A stretch of DNA of 63,445 nt, counting the filler, from Bipalium vagum (taxonomy: Eukaryota): NCBI GenBank assembly GCA_037834085.1. It is 3 parts of 3 records of this genome, joined end to end, with 100 filler letters (N's around TTAATTAATTAA, not from the genome) between each part and the next. Parts side by side here need not be neighbours in the genome. Positions count along the whole stretch, not along the records: positions 1 to 26,581 come from JBBMKC010140564.1; positions 26,682 to 47,511 come from JBBMKC010246007.1; 1 more part is not named here. One strand, given 5' to 3'. Positions 25,463 to 41,500 of this stretch are shown piece after piece. Under the pieces are notes generated by a model that was not told the origin of the DNA, ran no database searches, and saw only the letters and a program-made list of their open reading frames with translations. The position numbers and the translations under genes are program-made. Positions within the stretch are counted from its first letter, which is position 1. Each line of letters starts with the position of its first letter.

Positions 25463-26581
25463 AAGTATTGAATTCGTTAAAAATTTTTTTGATAACAAAT
25501 TATTTATTTCAAGATTTTGAATCTTATCTTTTGTCACAATATATATAAACAAACCAAAATAATTCTAAATTACAATAAAATTTAGTATGAACACAAAAGT
25601 ATATAAAAATAAATTGATTTTCAACTATTAAGTGAATTATTAATAATACAATCTTATTTTTCAATATTCATATATATGATTTTATTAAAAAAATTTTAAT
25701 TTTAATACTCAGCAATTTAAATTAAAATTAATTATTCGTATAAAATATCTTAATACTTATCCAATTTTCTGATTGAATATTATTTTTCAGTAATTTTCTC
25801 TAAAAAGTACAATTAATGAAACTAAGATGTTTTAGTTTATTTATCAGCATAAATTCCAGTTCCTACTCAGGGCGACATTTCTCGCTTAGATAGGACCTAC
25901 ATTGTGCCAGAGTACAATATATAACAAGTGTAACTGGAATTTCCATGTCTACTCCTTGACATCAAAAGATTATTTGTAAATGATTATGATTTAAGCAAAA
26001 CCTTAAATCATTAAGACAAAATATGTCCGATTTGTCATCAACTTCATCATCTTTTTATTTAAAACAAACCTGAAGAGACTGTAGACCTCAGATATCATTA
26101 ATGCTTTATCGATAAGTGGGTGAGCACGAAAATGAGCTTTGTCACAAACAGCTATTTCAAAGCGACCATTTCACAATCAAGACCGCAAAAAAAATTTGAA
26201 GTATCTAGCTCTGTCACCATCTTTCTTTGGGTTATTGAGATCGTGTCTCTACAGTAATCACGACTATTTTTTCAATCCTTATTTATCCATATCTAAATCT
26301 ATATATTTTGATGTTGACTGTGAAGATTCCTTCATTGGTTAAGAACATTCAAGTATATATAAATCGGTTAACAAACTGAACAACTACTTTATACTCAAAA
26401 TATTTAGATTTTTAAAAGTTTCGTGATCTTTTATATCTGTTAAGTGTTTGGTTTTGGGTGATGATTGTTATTATGGTGGAGCGAGTAGTGCTGGTTTGTT
26501 TGTACTATCAATTAACTTCAGTTTCTAATTTACCTAACCAAACCTTAACACAAAGCTCGTTTCAAGTTCAGAAGGATTTAC

Positions 26582-26681
26582 NNNNNNNNNNNNNNNNNNN
26601 NNNNNNNNNNNNNNNNNNNNNNNNNTTAATTAATTAANNNNNNNNNNNNNNNNNNNNNNNNNNNNNNNNNNNNNNNNNNNN
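26582..26681. other. Artificial contig spacer N44-TTAATTAATTAA-N44
   Basis: Exactly 100 nt; the central 12-mer has stops in all six frames; identical to 47512-47611. Confidence 0.97.
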
Positions 26682-26715
26682 ATAATAATAATAATAATAA
26701 TAATAAGAATAATAA

Positions 26716-26757
<42 letters not shown>
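26682..26757. repeat. (ATA)n microsatellite at contig start
   Basis: Triplet run with two AGA variants. Confidence 0.9.
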
Positions 26758-26758
<1 letters not shown>

Positions 26759-26772
26759 GTTTATATTAACAG

Positions 26773-29700
26773 GATGACAGTTGGAAAGTTTATTTTGATC
26801 CTCCAGCCCAAGAGATTGTTGATGAATTCGCTATTCGATATGGCATTGAATCAATATACCAAGCAATGACGTAATTTATAACGTTACTTCAAATTAATTT
26901 TTTTTCAAAATGAGTCTTAACAAAGGCTTTTACTGAGAAAACAAAGATGATCAAATTGAAAAATATTATTATATTTTCTTTACATATTTCTATATTATTC
27001 ACTAAATTAATGAAAAAGATATTTATATTTATACTGAAAATATCAGTTCGTCAGTGTAAAACAATTGCGAAATTCAACCCAGCTGTAACTGTTTCCTATC
27101 ACTTTGAAGACTTTGAAACGAAATGAAATCATTTGAGATTGATTTTATGAAATCTTTTGCAATGAAATATTTTTTTTGTATAGCTTTATAAGTTTGGGTT
27201 TTACTTGGATTTTTATATAATTGACTGTTTAAAGATCCTATTACAAATTTTCATTATATCCTTTGGACATTAAAGGACTTTATAATTCCACATATGGCTT
27301 GTTAAAAAGTGAAAATTTTAGCTAAAAATATCGATAATGGGAAAAATAATATTTTCTTTTAATTCAAAAGGGTTTTTTCAAAATCCAGAAATAGGATCGA
27401 AGGAAACACTTAACTGATTTGTAAAGTGTGTGTGATTTTTTAAATGTCTGTGTGCATAGTATACATAATATCAAACTATAAATCAATGCTAAATAATATT
27501 GATTTCATATTTTAGTCTTGTTTTCCTTTCAATGACTTGGAAAAGTACAGAAATAGATTTTTCCGTTAAACAACCTTTCAAGATCATCTTTTTCATTCTT
27601 AACCTTTTCATTAATGTCGTATAGAATGGATGGACAATAAAGTATTTCCAATAATTTTGGAAACATTTTCTTATTTCAGTCATTTCTCATGTCTGACAAC
27701 GAAATATATGTGCCTTGGAGTTCCAGCTGTAATGAGCACTTTGTTGGCTAATATTAATGCATTCTACGCCCATACATCGGCTTCAAGTAATCAATCGGCC
27801 AGTGAGAGATTCAGTGCCAGCAATTTCGGGGTAATATAAAATATATTCTGTTATTATTTTTTACTCTGGCTTTAGAAAGAAAAATTTGTGAAGTTATTAG
27901 ATCAGCTACATAATTCGTTACGGATTAGTCTTTCAGTGTATAGAGTACGTACATCATCTCTTAATTAATTATTAATATTCATAATAATAAATTAGTTATA
28001 AAGAAAAGCAAATAAAAGACGATTGTTTTTATTTGAAAATAGAAACAATCAGAAATCTCTTTTAAATCACTTTTTATTGAAAATTTTTATGAACTGATTT
28101 TATGTGAATAAAAGATTTGTTGGAATCGAATTATTATTGAAACGAAATAAAAATAAACGAAAATAGATCATCTTCTATTATTAAATAAATAATAATAATT
28201 AAAATAATTCGGTTAATTATTCAATTAAGAATATTATATCTGAAAGATTATTTTGAAAAGGTTATAAATCGGATATCCTGTTTATATCAGATTATTGCAA
28301 AAATTCTGGCTCGATTTCAGTCAGCTTAACTTATGTGAGCACTCAAACGTTAAATATATTTTTTGTATTAAAGTTACAATATGAACATAATAATATTAGG
28401 TAATATTTCAATACAACGATTTGTTTAAATACGATTGTTTCAGAAATATTTCAAAATACGTGGTGAAAAGACCCGGCTTAACATACTTAGATGCATGCAG
28501 CAAACATAATTTATTTAAATATTCCACATTTATGTTAAATTTAGAAAACATAAACAGTGGTATTTATAGTTATTTATAGGTATTTATAGAAGAGTTACTC
28601 GCTTCTTAGTTTTGCGATAAGAAAGCACTGTACAAATAACAGAAGAACTGCATTTGGCGTACGGAGATAATGCTCCATCACGTACCGCCATGTATCAATG
28701 GATAAGGGAATTCCAAAGAGAGCGTGTCTCTGTTGAGGAAGGAAAAAGTACTGGAAAACATGCGGAAATTGGCGAATCGCATAAAGAAAAATTTTAAAAA
28801 TATTTGTTAAAAAGAAGAAATTTCGAAAGAAGAAATACACAAACAGTGTTATATGAGTGACTGAATATATCTTATGGATCAGTACACTACATGCTGAGGG
28901 GTCTTGGCATCCAAAAGTTGTGTTCCAGATTTTTACCATACTTCTTAACACACGATGTGTAAACGTCGGTTGGAATGCTGCGAACACAATATCCGTGTTT
29001 TGCATGAAGTAGCCGTTAGAATATTAAAATCGAGAACATCTCAACGTAGAGCATTGATGTTAACCATCTTTTGGGATGCTGCTTAAATCATCCATATCGA
29101 TTTTGCAGATAAAGATGTCAAAATTAATGCAGCCTACTATGCGAAACTACTCGAGGAAGCTAGCTAGTAAACAGACATAAGCCTCTTGGTCAAAAGCTTT
29201 ACCTTCTTCATGACAATGCACCAATCCATACCGCTCAACAGACCATACAAGCAATTGAGCTCACTTCAATGGTCATCCACCTTATAGCCCAGATTTGGCA
29301 CCTAGCGACTTCTGGCTTTTTCGTCATCTAAGGCAACATTTGCAAGGGCAGCACTTTACAAATAAAGAAAATTTGCGTCATGAAAATATTGATTTTCTCA
29401 ACGCATAACCATCGCAATTCTACTAAAACGGTTTTTTCCAACTTGCTGAACGATGGCGCAAATTTGTGGAGAGTGAAGAAAGTTATGTTGAAAAACTTTG
29501 AATATTTTGTACCTATATACTATGATTTTTTTAAATAAAAATTTGAATTAGAAATTCTTATTTCTTTTTATCGAGTCCGGGTCTTTTTTGGCGTCACCAC
29601 GTATGAACATAGAAATAATGCATTTGTCACATGTAATATTTTATGAGTTCCGGAAATGTTGGAACCACTTGTATAAACATTAAAAACTTTTTTTACTCTG

Positions 29701-32700
29701 AACCATTAAAAGGTTGTCTGTAAGATTTTGTTATGAGGACTTCAGCATGGATGATAAGCGCTGCTCTAGACAGCATTTCGTCACCAATGAGAATTTGATT
29801 TGTGCATTAAAAAGCCAATTGATGGATTTCAGCAGATGAGATAGTTGACATTTCGCCATTTGAGAAATCTAGGATAAATATCCATTCTCGACACATGGGT
29901 TCCACGTGTGTTAACGGAAATTAAACCGTATGAATCTCGCTATTTCACTCATTTCACGCAATAAAAGAATCGATTTTTCGACAGATTAGTAACGTATAAT
30001 GAAAAGTGAATTTAATTTTTGTAAAATATAAATTAAATTCGTTTTTTTAAAATCGGGCCAATAAATTTGCAATGATCTAATAAATTAATAATGCTGGACA
30101 TTGTAATATATAATTGATATTTTAAAATATATAATAAAAATAAAATTCTCCATGCGTTCTTTTGTCATTATTTAAACTTTCAAGTCAAAATTATCTAAGT
30201 CTTTAAAGTGTTAATTTATGTTGATCTCATTTATTATTAATGTGAAATTAATATATTTATTCTTTCCCGTTTCAAGAAAATATAGAGAATTTCGATACTC
30301 TTTTGAATATAACCAAAATTGGAACATGACTAAAACAAGAAGTGGTAAGCTCAGATTCAAAGAAAAAATTAATAACAAGAAAAATTTTTAAAAATGTACT
30401 ATTATTATTATTATTATCATTATTATTATTATTACTATTATTAGTATTAAAAAGTTTGGAAATATTGATATTAATTATACCCCAAATATAACAATATAAA
30501 ATTTCTTTTACAAATGATTAGTTTGTGCTGTTACAATTATTGTAATAATTATTAATTTCTTTTCCTAACAATCAATAATATCAGTAAAAAAATTTTCAAA
30601 ACAAGTAAAGAATAGAAAATTTTATTAAAACTTGCGTTGCATAAAATATTTAAGTAATTATTTCTGTTTCCATAGTATTAATTATATTTACGACATTTGA
30701 TATACTGTAAAATTAAGAACTTTCTGTTTCTGACATCTCTCAAAGATGTTTGTTGAGAGATGGATGTGGTATTACACTGTCTCTTAAGATAAATTTGACA
30801 TTTGATTACAAAAGAACGAGTCTCTAAAAGCTCCCCCAATCTTCAAATAATCCCCTGGTCAAAACAACGAATTTTTCGTTGATACTAATCCACTATCAAT
30901 AACATTCTGAAGAATTTTAATTTAGTCTTTTTATCAATCAAGACCAGGAAGTATTTCACAAAATATTTTGATCATTCAATTATATTTTTTATTTCAGAAC
31001 TCCTTCCCTGCTTCACAAAACGAAAAACTCCAGGACCTGAAGTCTACGGTTGATTTGCTGACCAGCATCACATTCTTTCGGATGAAGGTTATGATTTTTT
31101 GTTGTGGATATATTTTCGAGTGATTTTCACGTCAATACTCTATTATTTCACTCTAATCTTGCTAGTTGAAAAAAAGGTGCCATGCTCTGATAAAAAATTT
31201 TTTTCTTCTTTCCTTAATTATCCAACAAAAATGTAATTGTGATTGAAATGTACCTTTAAAAGGAATCACAAGCGTAATTGAGTTTTTCTAGCTTGCCTTG
31301 AGAAAGAAATAATTGATTTAAACAATTTCTTTTTATTTAAAATTAATCTCAATTTTTAATAATCTTATTGATTTTGTGATACAACAAAGTTTGGCTGGAC
31401 GATGTAAGGAAAACTATCTTAGCTCTGACTTTCTTGTTTTTGGAAATATTTTCTGATGAACCCCTGCTTTTATAGAATTTTCTAAAATAAAATAATAACT
31501 CAATATTTAATTAGGTACAAAAGACGATAATAAAAGTAATATCTAAAAGTTTTCGCCGTTTTCATTATAGTCGGTTTTAATTTGAAAGGAATAGTGCACT
31601 ATGAACTGCTGGAACTTTATCAAACAATTGATTCCATATTTTATTGTCAGTAACTTAAAAGATTAAATCAATCAATGAAAAAATCCGACCTGGTTTACTC
31701 AACATAGAGGTCGTTTATTTTTCATCACAACAACGTCCGACCAAATAACTAGTCAAAAGTTGAAAGAACTTGACTGGGAAGATCTGATGCAACCAGGCCT
31801 TGCACCGTCAGACTGGTTGCGCCATTTGTTTCTGTCTCTGCAGAATATTCTTAGTGGAATTCCAATGGTTTCAAGAGGAGACTGTGAAAAGTACATTGCA
31901 TGGTCTTTTGATCATAAATTCCAGAAATCTCACAGTTATTGCATCTTGAATTTACACGATAAATAGCGAAAGATTATCGAACAAAATCGAGCATATTTGT
32001 TTCACTAATGTTTATTCCTTATACTTATATATAAAAAGTTGTTTACTTTTACTTTCTAATATATATAATATATAACTATAAGATATCCTTACTTTTATGA
32101 CAGTCTGGTATTTTTTTTAATATTCCTGTAGATGTTGAGGAATTAAACAAAAAATAATATTTATTTAAATTTAATAATTAAAAATTGATATTTTAAGTAT
32201 TTTTGCTTATATTTTTAATACTTTAATCTTCAGGTTCAAGAACTGTCTAGTCCTCCTCGTGCAAGTCAGGTTGTCAAAGAATGTGCACAGGCTTGTATGC
32301 AGACCACATATCAATTTCTATATGATAATGTCAACGAACTCTATAGTCGACAGTATCAAGTGGGTCATCTTTTATATTTTAAGACTGTGCTACATGTTTT
32401 ACATGGTAAAGTTTTCTAACATGAGACCATTTTTATTTTTCAGGAAAATATTGATGTTACAGCAGAAGATAATTCCAATGGTCTGAAAACTTTGGAATTT
32501 TGGCACAGACTAATCACGTTGGTGGTATCAATAATTGAAGAAGACAAAAAGAGCTATGGACCAGTGTTAAATCAGTAATTATTGGAATTTGTATTATATT
32601 AATAATTGAATGAAAAATATGTTCGATGATTGATTATATTTGACGACTGTTCTCAAATAATAATAACAAGGAAATACTTTGTGGTTTAACAAAAAAAATG

Positions 32701-35544
32701 AAAACCTTAGATAAAAAATTAATACTGATTTATAAAATGACACTTAATTAATGTGTTAATTTATATTGAATGTTTTAGATTTTTTTCTACAGAAAGATCA
32801 ATATCGATATTAATATTCTTATATGCTCACTTGAAATAATATGTGATTTCAAAAAAGAGAAAATTGATATTGTTTGTTTAGCTGAAGTAAGTATTTCAAA
32901 GATATATCAACATTGATGTATTAACTGAAGAACAAATATTGAGTAACATGCTACTTCACATAAATGGTTATATTCACTAGGAAACTTGAGAGATCAGTCG
33001 ACTTTAAAAGATTTATAAAGATCATTTCTCCTGCAAAATCATAGAGAAAAGTTAAATGAAATTTAATCTTAGAAATTGGAAATTCGACTCATTAATATAA
33101 AGTTATATATTATCAGTAATATAATAATCATGATCTAAGAATGAATTATAAGGATAAAAATGGATTTTCAAATTGGAGGCTTTCAGCATATTATCTAGTA
33201 TAATTTATAGCCCATTTCATTCTGGCAGAGATCGAGATTAGTTTTCAGTTGGCATCAATATTGCAAAATATTAAATATAATTAATTTTTCGCATGGCATA
33301 ATTTTAATTTTTTAAGTGAAAACTTCATAAATTAAAATATGATTTCCTTTGGGCCTATGGCTTATCAATGAGATAAAAATCCAATTTTTGTACAATCTTT
33401 TTGTTTATACAAGAATTTTTTTTTAAAAACGATTTTGATAATACATTAACAAATCTTCAAAAATCGTTATTTGAATTTAAATTATCTACTTTTCCACGAG
33501 GATTGGGAACATAATATTTTTTAAACAAATTAATAATTTAATCTAATTAATAATACTTTATTTAATTTCTTTCAGTTTCATGTCAACATACACAGTTTTG
33601 TTTAAATTAACTATTTTAAGCAATTACGATATTATTTTAATCCTGACAAATTAATTTAATCTTCAATTTATAATTGCATTTTGAATAAACTCTGAATAAC
33701 AGATTTACTGAATATTAGCAGAACATTTTAATTCTAAAATTTATTTATGTCATAAGAACTATTCATTGTGTATTTCTATATGAAAATACATGCACACTTT
33801 TGTTCAAAAATAAATAATCAACGTGATTAATACATGTATTAAATACTTTAAAAAACATTCTAGAATTGCACATGCACCTTTGAAATGATTCTCAAAGATC
33901 AATGATTATATTATTTAAAAATAAATATTTTGGTGGGTCAAAATTAGTTTCCTTTTATGTTTAACTATCACAGAATTTGAATTTGTTCAGTTTGTACTAC
34001 ATCCAGCATATAGTCCTGACCTTGCTCCATCGGATTATCATCTTTACTGAACAATAACCTATTTCCCCAAAAGTTGTACTTTTAATGATTTGGACGAGGT
34101 TGAAAAGAGATGTCAAAAATCTTTCGCGTTAAAAGACAAGGAATGATATAATCGCGGGATGGAAAAACTGACAGTAGATTGGTTAAGTCCATTGAGTTTA
34201 ATGGTTTTTACTTTGAGATTTAATAAAAAATTTTACTAACTTGATTTCGTTCTACAATATATCAAAAACGAAAAGACTTATGAATACTTATCACCCTAAT
34301 AATGCAACTATGATTTCATTCGTAATTTTAAAATATAATCTTTTTTAATTAAAACTATGTAAACCTAAGATAAAAATATTATCTTAGATTTCCTCAAGAA
34401 GTCAACATTGGTCATATTAGTGCCGCCTGTATGTGGCAAAGATTTGGAGAGGATCTGAAGGCATCTCTCGAACAACATATCCAATCTAAGCCCTGCAAAT
34501 CATCTGATTACATGAACTTGCTGTTTAAAGTTAAATGGTTTTATAATAAATACATTTCAGATGTTCCAACATTTAAATCGGTTGTCCCTGATTATCCAAG
34601 GTTTGTTCATAATAGTTCTTTATTTTCATGATCCTATATTTCTTAGATGGTTTGAACCATTAATAATGCAGTGGTTAAATGAGAATGATGATGTTAGTAT
34701 GGATTACTTAAGAAATGCTTACGAAAGAGATAGAACTGATGGATTTGAACTTTCAAGTGATCAATCACGTTTTTCAACTTCAGTGGTGGATGTTTTTACT
34801 CAGCTCAGCCAATGTTTGGAAGTATTAAGAAAATTAGAATGTCCAGATTCCCAGATACAGGCCAATTTCATGCATCGATTTGCAGCGGTTAGAATTATAC
34901 ATTAATTACTTGTTAAAGTTATTTTTATTTTTTTATATAAGTTTAATTTTAAATTTAGAAATCTATTAAAAGATTATATCTTATCAACTAGATAAAAATA
35001 ATAATAATTATAATAATAAATAATAATCATAATAATAAAAAGTAAAATAAATCAATTTGAAAAGTTAAAAAATTTTATTAATGTGTGGAAATATTATGTA
35101 AACTCGTACCATATAACTGGTTAATGGTAATCAAAATTATATATATTTACCAATATATTTTATAAACCTATTAAAGTTTTAACTAATGCTAATGAAAATT
35201 ATATCATTATATGTTGTCATGACAATTATCCATATTTAATTCCTTCTAAATGAACTTGTTATTTTTTGATACAATGTTTTATTTTTAATGTGAAGGACCT
35301 CGGTGAAGAATTGTGTCAGTTATAGTTGGATTTTATTTTTAATTATTAAGTTTCCTGAATAATTTGGAAAACTTATTATTTTTAAATAATTATTTTTATT
35401 AATAATTTAATTTTTTCATATATGATTTTTTTCTAAATTGAATTTTTTGTAAAGAAATTAATTTCTTAAAACTAAGAACCATTTCCATTTGAAGTAAATT
35501 ATATTTGCATTTGTCTAAAATATAAATTCAAAAAATATTATACC

Positions 35545-35585
<41 letters not shown>

Positions 35586-38500
35586 CTTCCTTAAACCTTT
35601 TGGTGAGGTTGTATATTGCTGTCTTGCAGTAACCAAACCAATTGATAATTTGTTGTGGTGTTTTTCTGGCGAGAAACGATTCAAGTATTGTGCTGCTCTT
35701 AATAAAAATAATAAATAATTTTCTTTATTTTGGATCTATTGTGATTATTGATATTTTAGCTTACTTAAACAATTAAAAGTCAGATGGATTTTATAAAAAT
35801 ATTTAGATAATATTAGTTTGAGAATATTCTCGATTAATCTTGAATACCCTGTTGTAATTTAATTTATTGTTAAACATTTAAAATTAAATAAAATATAAAA
35901 ATATAAAGTATTCAATGTTAATTAAATTGAGTTTATGATTAATTTAATTGAATATAAAAATGTAATATTAAAGATATTTATTTAATAATTTGTTCGTTTG
36001 TTTACCAGATTTAATATTTGTTCAAAAATTTACAAATTATTTTTATTTTAAAAAATTCCTTTCTTTTTTCATTATAAATTTGATAAATTCAAAATTTTAA
36101 TCTCTTAAGTATGTTGAATCTCAAAGAACCCTTTATCTGGATAATATTATGAAGATATTATTGAGCTTCCTTTGAACGACATTGAATTATTATGAAACCA
36201 GATTTCAGGTAGACATTTGAATTCTCTTTACATGATGCATTTTGTTGAAAGCAGATGTCACCAATAAATTATATTCTCGAATGATAACTTCCATAATAAC
36301 TTTTAATTAAACCAAATCTTATTCTGCTCCATCTACATGTCTCTCATTAGATGAGGCACCAAGAGTCATAATTTTATAATTTGCTTATTTGTCAAAATTC
36401 AACTGCTATTTTGGGTGAAGATTTTCTTATCAGAAAAAATATAAACAAGTCGATTTTATTTGTGGCAATTTCTGGTAGAATAAAAATTTTTTTTCACATC
36501 TTCGTGAATTATTTTTCTGAACCGTTAAGTGTCTTCTCTTGTCATTGACCTGCCATTATTCCCATTTCTTATTTCAATTAACTTTTGGACAATTTCGGTA
36601 CAGGTTAGTCAGAATGAGTTTTGTGTTGTCTTTTGAAAATATAGAATTTTCTTTATCTTCAGATTTTCAGAATATTAGAGATTTGTAGATTGCTTTTTAA
36701 CTGTTTCTTTCTAATTAAAATTGTAGACAACGTTCTATTTGAGTTAGCATTAATAAGTTTTAATTTATTAGATTTGAAAATACCTTCAAGTGCTTTTTAA
36801 TAAAGAGATTATATATTTCAATTATTATTATATATTATTCAATTATATATTCACCATACGTAATTATGAATGACTTCTTTTAACTAGACTCATTATTCCA
36901 TACCTGTAAACATTAAGGGGTTTACTGACAAAATGTAAATGTGACTTTTATCTGATTCCTCGTCAATGACTGCTTTCCGGGTCAAGGAATTCTCTAGTGA
37001 CTGAACCAAACGGTAATAGGTATTAAATAAATCCAGGGAGAATGAAGTAAAACCCCCAGCTAAAAACCACTATTTTGTTCACAGTGATCAATTATATATG
37101 TCGTAAACAATATATGCCCTTTTGATTTTCATATTTTGGACTTTTTCTTTATTTCATTGTTCAACTTTGTTAATTTCGATCATATTTCGTTATCCACAAA
37201 ATTATTACAAATTATTTAACTACAATATTATTTAAAGAATAATTGAGCATATATCTGGTGGGAAAAATGGCGAATTTCCTTTGTAATTATATTTTTAAAA
37301 CCCCACGAACGTCTTTGCCAACTCAATATTTTCCTTTTTCGAACTTTTTTCATTAAATAATTTTATATTTTTTATATTAAAAGGTGCTTACTAATATTTG
37401 AATTTAAAAATTATTTTTTTAGTTTTTGGCATTAGTTCTTTTGCAAATATAATCTTGATTCAAGTAAAATGATTACTTTTGTTTTTATATTACTCTCATC
37501 AACAGTCAACATTGCTTATTTAAGCAGAAAACTAATGTTACGTATATAAAATATAAAAACCTAGCCATAAAGCGTGTTTCAAAATAAATCATACTCGTTT
37601 TTTCTTTATAATTTTATTACAATAACAGAAATAAAAAAAGGAACAACGAATAACATTTAAGTATGTTTTTGGGTATCTCGCGAGTAAATAGGAAACCTTC
37701 TGTTTAGGTACCTTGAGGAATCACGCGATTTCAATCTGACGCTTTCCCTTCAGTGCATTGCGAAAATATCAGATCGCTCATTTGTCATCTATTAACAAAA
37801 ATATTAAGAAATCAATTAAAATAAATTAATATACATTCGATAGATTGGAATTTGTATATTACGCTGATATAAAAAAATTATTCATGCAGTAAAACAAAGT
37901 GTTTATATAACGTTTTGAAATTTTTCTGATTTATTTTGTAACAGCCTGTATAAACAATATACAACCTTAAGTTTTTGAAAACATTAGTGAAGTTCTGAAA
38001 TGTTTTAGTCCATTATGAAATTAAGGTGTAAAATAGTTGTACAATCAACAGATTATATTTGTGTCGAAATAAATCTAAAGTAAACTAGAATTATTAAAAA
38101 ATAATAAAGAATTAAATAAGATTGAAAATGATATTCATTGTGATTAGTTTTCTGCATCGGCAGAAGAGACTAAAATAAAATAGTTAAATAAAGATTAAAT
38201 GATAATTTAATTCCGCTTCAATTTATGATGTATAAAACAATATTTTTGGTTTTTTTTTTGAACATCTTTTTTATTTTTTTTAATAATTACATCATTAATT
38301 TGAAGATTAAAATTTTGAATTATTGTATTTTTTGCCATTCCTCGTTCTAACTATAAAAGAAAATTCAATTTGTCATTTGACAAATTATAAATTAATTATA
38401 AATTGGATTAACTCATTAATTATCATCAAAAATTACACTCTGCATTATTCCTTTTTATCTTGTTGTTGGCAAGCTCAGACGTTTGGAGATCTTTTAATTT

Positions 38501-41500
38501 ATGAGATTTCTGTTCAGATTGAGTTCATTATTTCATTAATCATTTTATTGAAAATAAAGAATTAAAGAAATTCTCTTGTTTTCAGACCGTTAGTAAAGTC
38601 TTACTGACTTATGCGGAAATTGTTAAAGGCGACTTCAAGCAATATGTTTTACGTCAGGAAAAAGCTTGTATTCTTATTAACAATATCCAACAAATGAGAG
38701 TTCAATTGGAACGTTTGTGGGAAGCAATGGGGGGCCAAAATTTAGAGGCAGAGACCAAGGCCAGCTTGGATGAGTTGCAGCAAATGCTGAATATTGTCAT
38801 AAACGATTTGGCCAAAATATTCGCCGACAGTCTTCAACCACAGATTGTGGCCAGCATTTCAGAGCTGGCTAAACTGCTGCAAAATGTTGTTATTTTTATT
38901 TATTTATTTATTTTTCTTAATTTAAAGAAAATTTTATTGTATTATTCCGTTTTACTTTCAGAGGAAATATTTTGATATTTTATATTCAGTAAAATTAATG
39001 TACTGTGCATATAACGTTAACCATAGACTTAATTTGAAGAGAGTTTTCCGAATGAATAAACGTTTATCGTGTCTTTCAAGTACAGAAATATATGTAAATT
39101 ATTTATATAAAATAATACTAATTAATTCTCTTCAGTCTGGCTATTAATTATGAACGTATGGTCTATTAATTTTCCCTATGTATAAATACATATATTTATA
39201 TATATATACATAAAAACAATTGTATTCCAAGTTTATTTATATTTCAGAACAATAGTGTGTTTTTTTGCTGAACGCTAGTGGGAAATAAATTAATGATTAT
39301 TTTTATTGTTATTTTAGAATATTTGTTTATCAAAATAAATCATTAATTATATTCATTTGAGACTTTTAATAGCGCTTTTTCAATTTGTCAAAAAATTCTA
39401 TTTAAAATATAAACAATTTGATATTAGAAATAATATTGTCAAGTCTGAACTTTACTTGAATGAAAAAATTATAAACATTCGTTGGGAAAAGACGTTATAT
39501 TATAAATTTTTAATATTTATTGATCTGAAAATCTCAAAAATTTTCGTTCACATTTAATTTATGAATATTTAATTTTAAAATGGTTTAATAATAAATTTTA
39601 TGGGGAAAATATTGGAGACGTTTGAAATTATTAACTAGGGACTTTTCTTTAGTTTTTATGCAATTTTCAAAGATTTAAAATATTTTTATCAGTTTCTCTT
39701 AAAACCAATTATTATACTGATATATATGATCTGATAGTCTTTTTTTATTTCAATAAACCTAGAACAAATTTCCACGAATTTATCAATTCAAATATTGAAT
39801 TAATAAATAAATTAACCTAAATATAGACCCATATCTGAAGTATTACCCGATAATTAATTTAATTTAACTCCTTTTTGTCAGTCTAAATCAATTTTAATTA
39901 AAGGAAATTTAATAAAAAAAAATTATATTCTATTTTAGATATAATGTGCTTGAAAATCTCGGTTGGTAAATTTAGGAAATTATCGTGTTTTTATTTAGAA
40001 ATTTATTTTATATTTAGACTTGTTTTAATGTAAAAGTATTATAAATTTAAGAAATTTTCAATTAATTAAATTTATATTCTTCTTTTACATATTTCAGTTT
40101 TTTAAGGTTTTATTTGAAAATTATTATTTTTAAGTAATTGAATTTCATATTTTTTATATTTTTTTTTCATTAATTATTTATATTTTTCAAAATATTAGAC
40201 TCAATGGAAAGAATTTTTTCACAAAGCTCATAAATTTTATTCAATTAAAATTAACTCGTTAGTAAAATATTCTGAGATAATTCTAATTTAGGCAACATAT
40301 TCAAAGTACGTTTCTTTAATTATATATCCTCTAAAAATTATTTATTATTATATTATTTCATAATAAATATAAACATCATAACTAAAACGACGGAAATTTA
40401 ATTAAATTAAATTTTCGTAAAATTTAGGTATTATTTATTTTAATATGTTAATAATGGTTTTTCATTGTGATACTTTTGATTGATGTTAATCAAGACAATT
40501 CGTCATTGTTTAACAAAAATAAATCATTTTAGACTTTCAGGCATTTGAAAAATTAAAATTAAAATTTTGGAAAAAATAACCATTTATAATAATAATGATA
40601 ATAATAATTTCAATATAAATAATTTTTATCAAATGTGCCAGTCAGAGAATATTTTTATTTTTTTAATAACATTTATGTATAAGTATTTTATTTGTACTTA
40701 ATGTATTAAAACAAAAAGTACTAGAAAATTATTTTTGTTTATTTATAATGAATAATAAATTCATAAATTAAGTGCAAAAAATAAATCGATGTAATTATTA
40801 ATAATATTTGGTTATATTTTTTATTTTAAAATTATTTTGAAAATTTGTCACATTAATTGTTCAAATATTCTTTTTCCAACTGGATTTCTTAATTACAACA
40901 ATTTTAAACTTTATTTATTTTTCCTTCTTGGTAAATATTTATTGTTTCTCTGAAAATGTTCAGCTCAAAGGAAATCAGAATAATCAGAAAGCACATATAG
41001 AACAAGAATCAGAAATAATTCTTCGACCTCTTATGGACTATTTTGAAGCAAGTTTGTCCACTTTAGCGTCAATTTGTGAGAAAACAATTTTCAAACGTCT
41101 TCTGAAGGTACTAGCTTAAGTTCTGTCACATACCTAATTTCATAACTCTTCAGGAGCTGTGGAAAATAACAATGCACAATTTGGAAAAACAAGTGGTACT
41201 GCCTCCACTAAGTGATCCAAGACAAGTAATTTGAATTTCTTCATTAAAAAATATGAGTATCTATTGATTATTATTATCCATTCTAATAAACCTATGAAAT
41301 TTGTTGTACTTATTGAAAATATGCCTCACTGTGATCTCAATTTTCTATCTATATGACTGTCCATAAATAATGTACTATGTGTTAAAAAATATTTATACAT
41401 TCACCTATTGAGCACCAAAAAGTAATCATCATCTTTACTGAGCGAAGACTTGGCTTTGAAATATATATCATTTCTATCTCATCATCCATCCATTGTATGG

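Noticed and set aside
26626-26637. TTAATTAATTAA as a biological palindrome or piggyBac target
   Set aside because: It is centred in N runs at both gaps and is a synthetic linker.
28595-29005. 136-aa minus-strand ORF
   Set aside because: Antisense shadow of the mariner transposase pseudogene.
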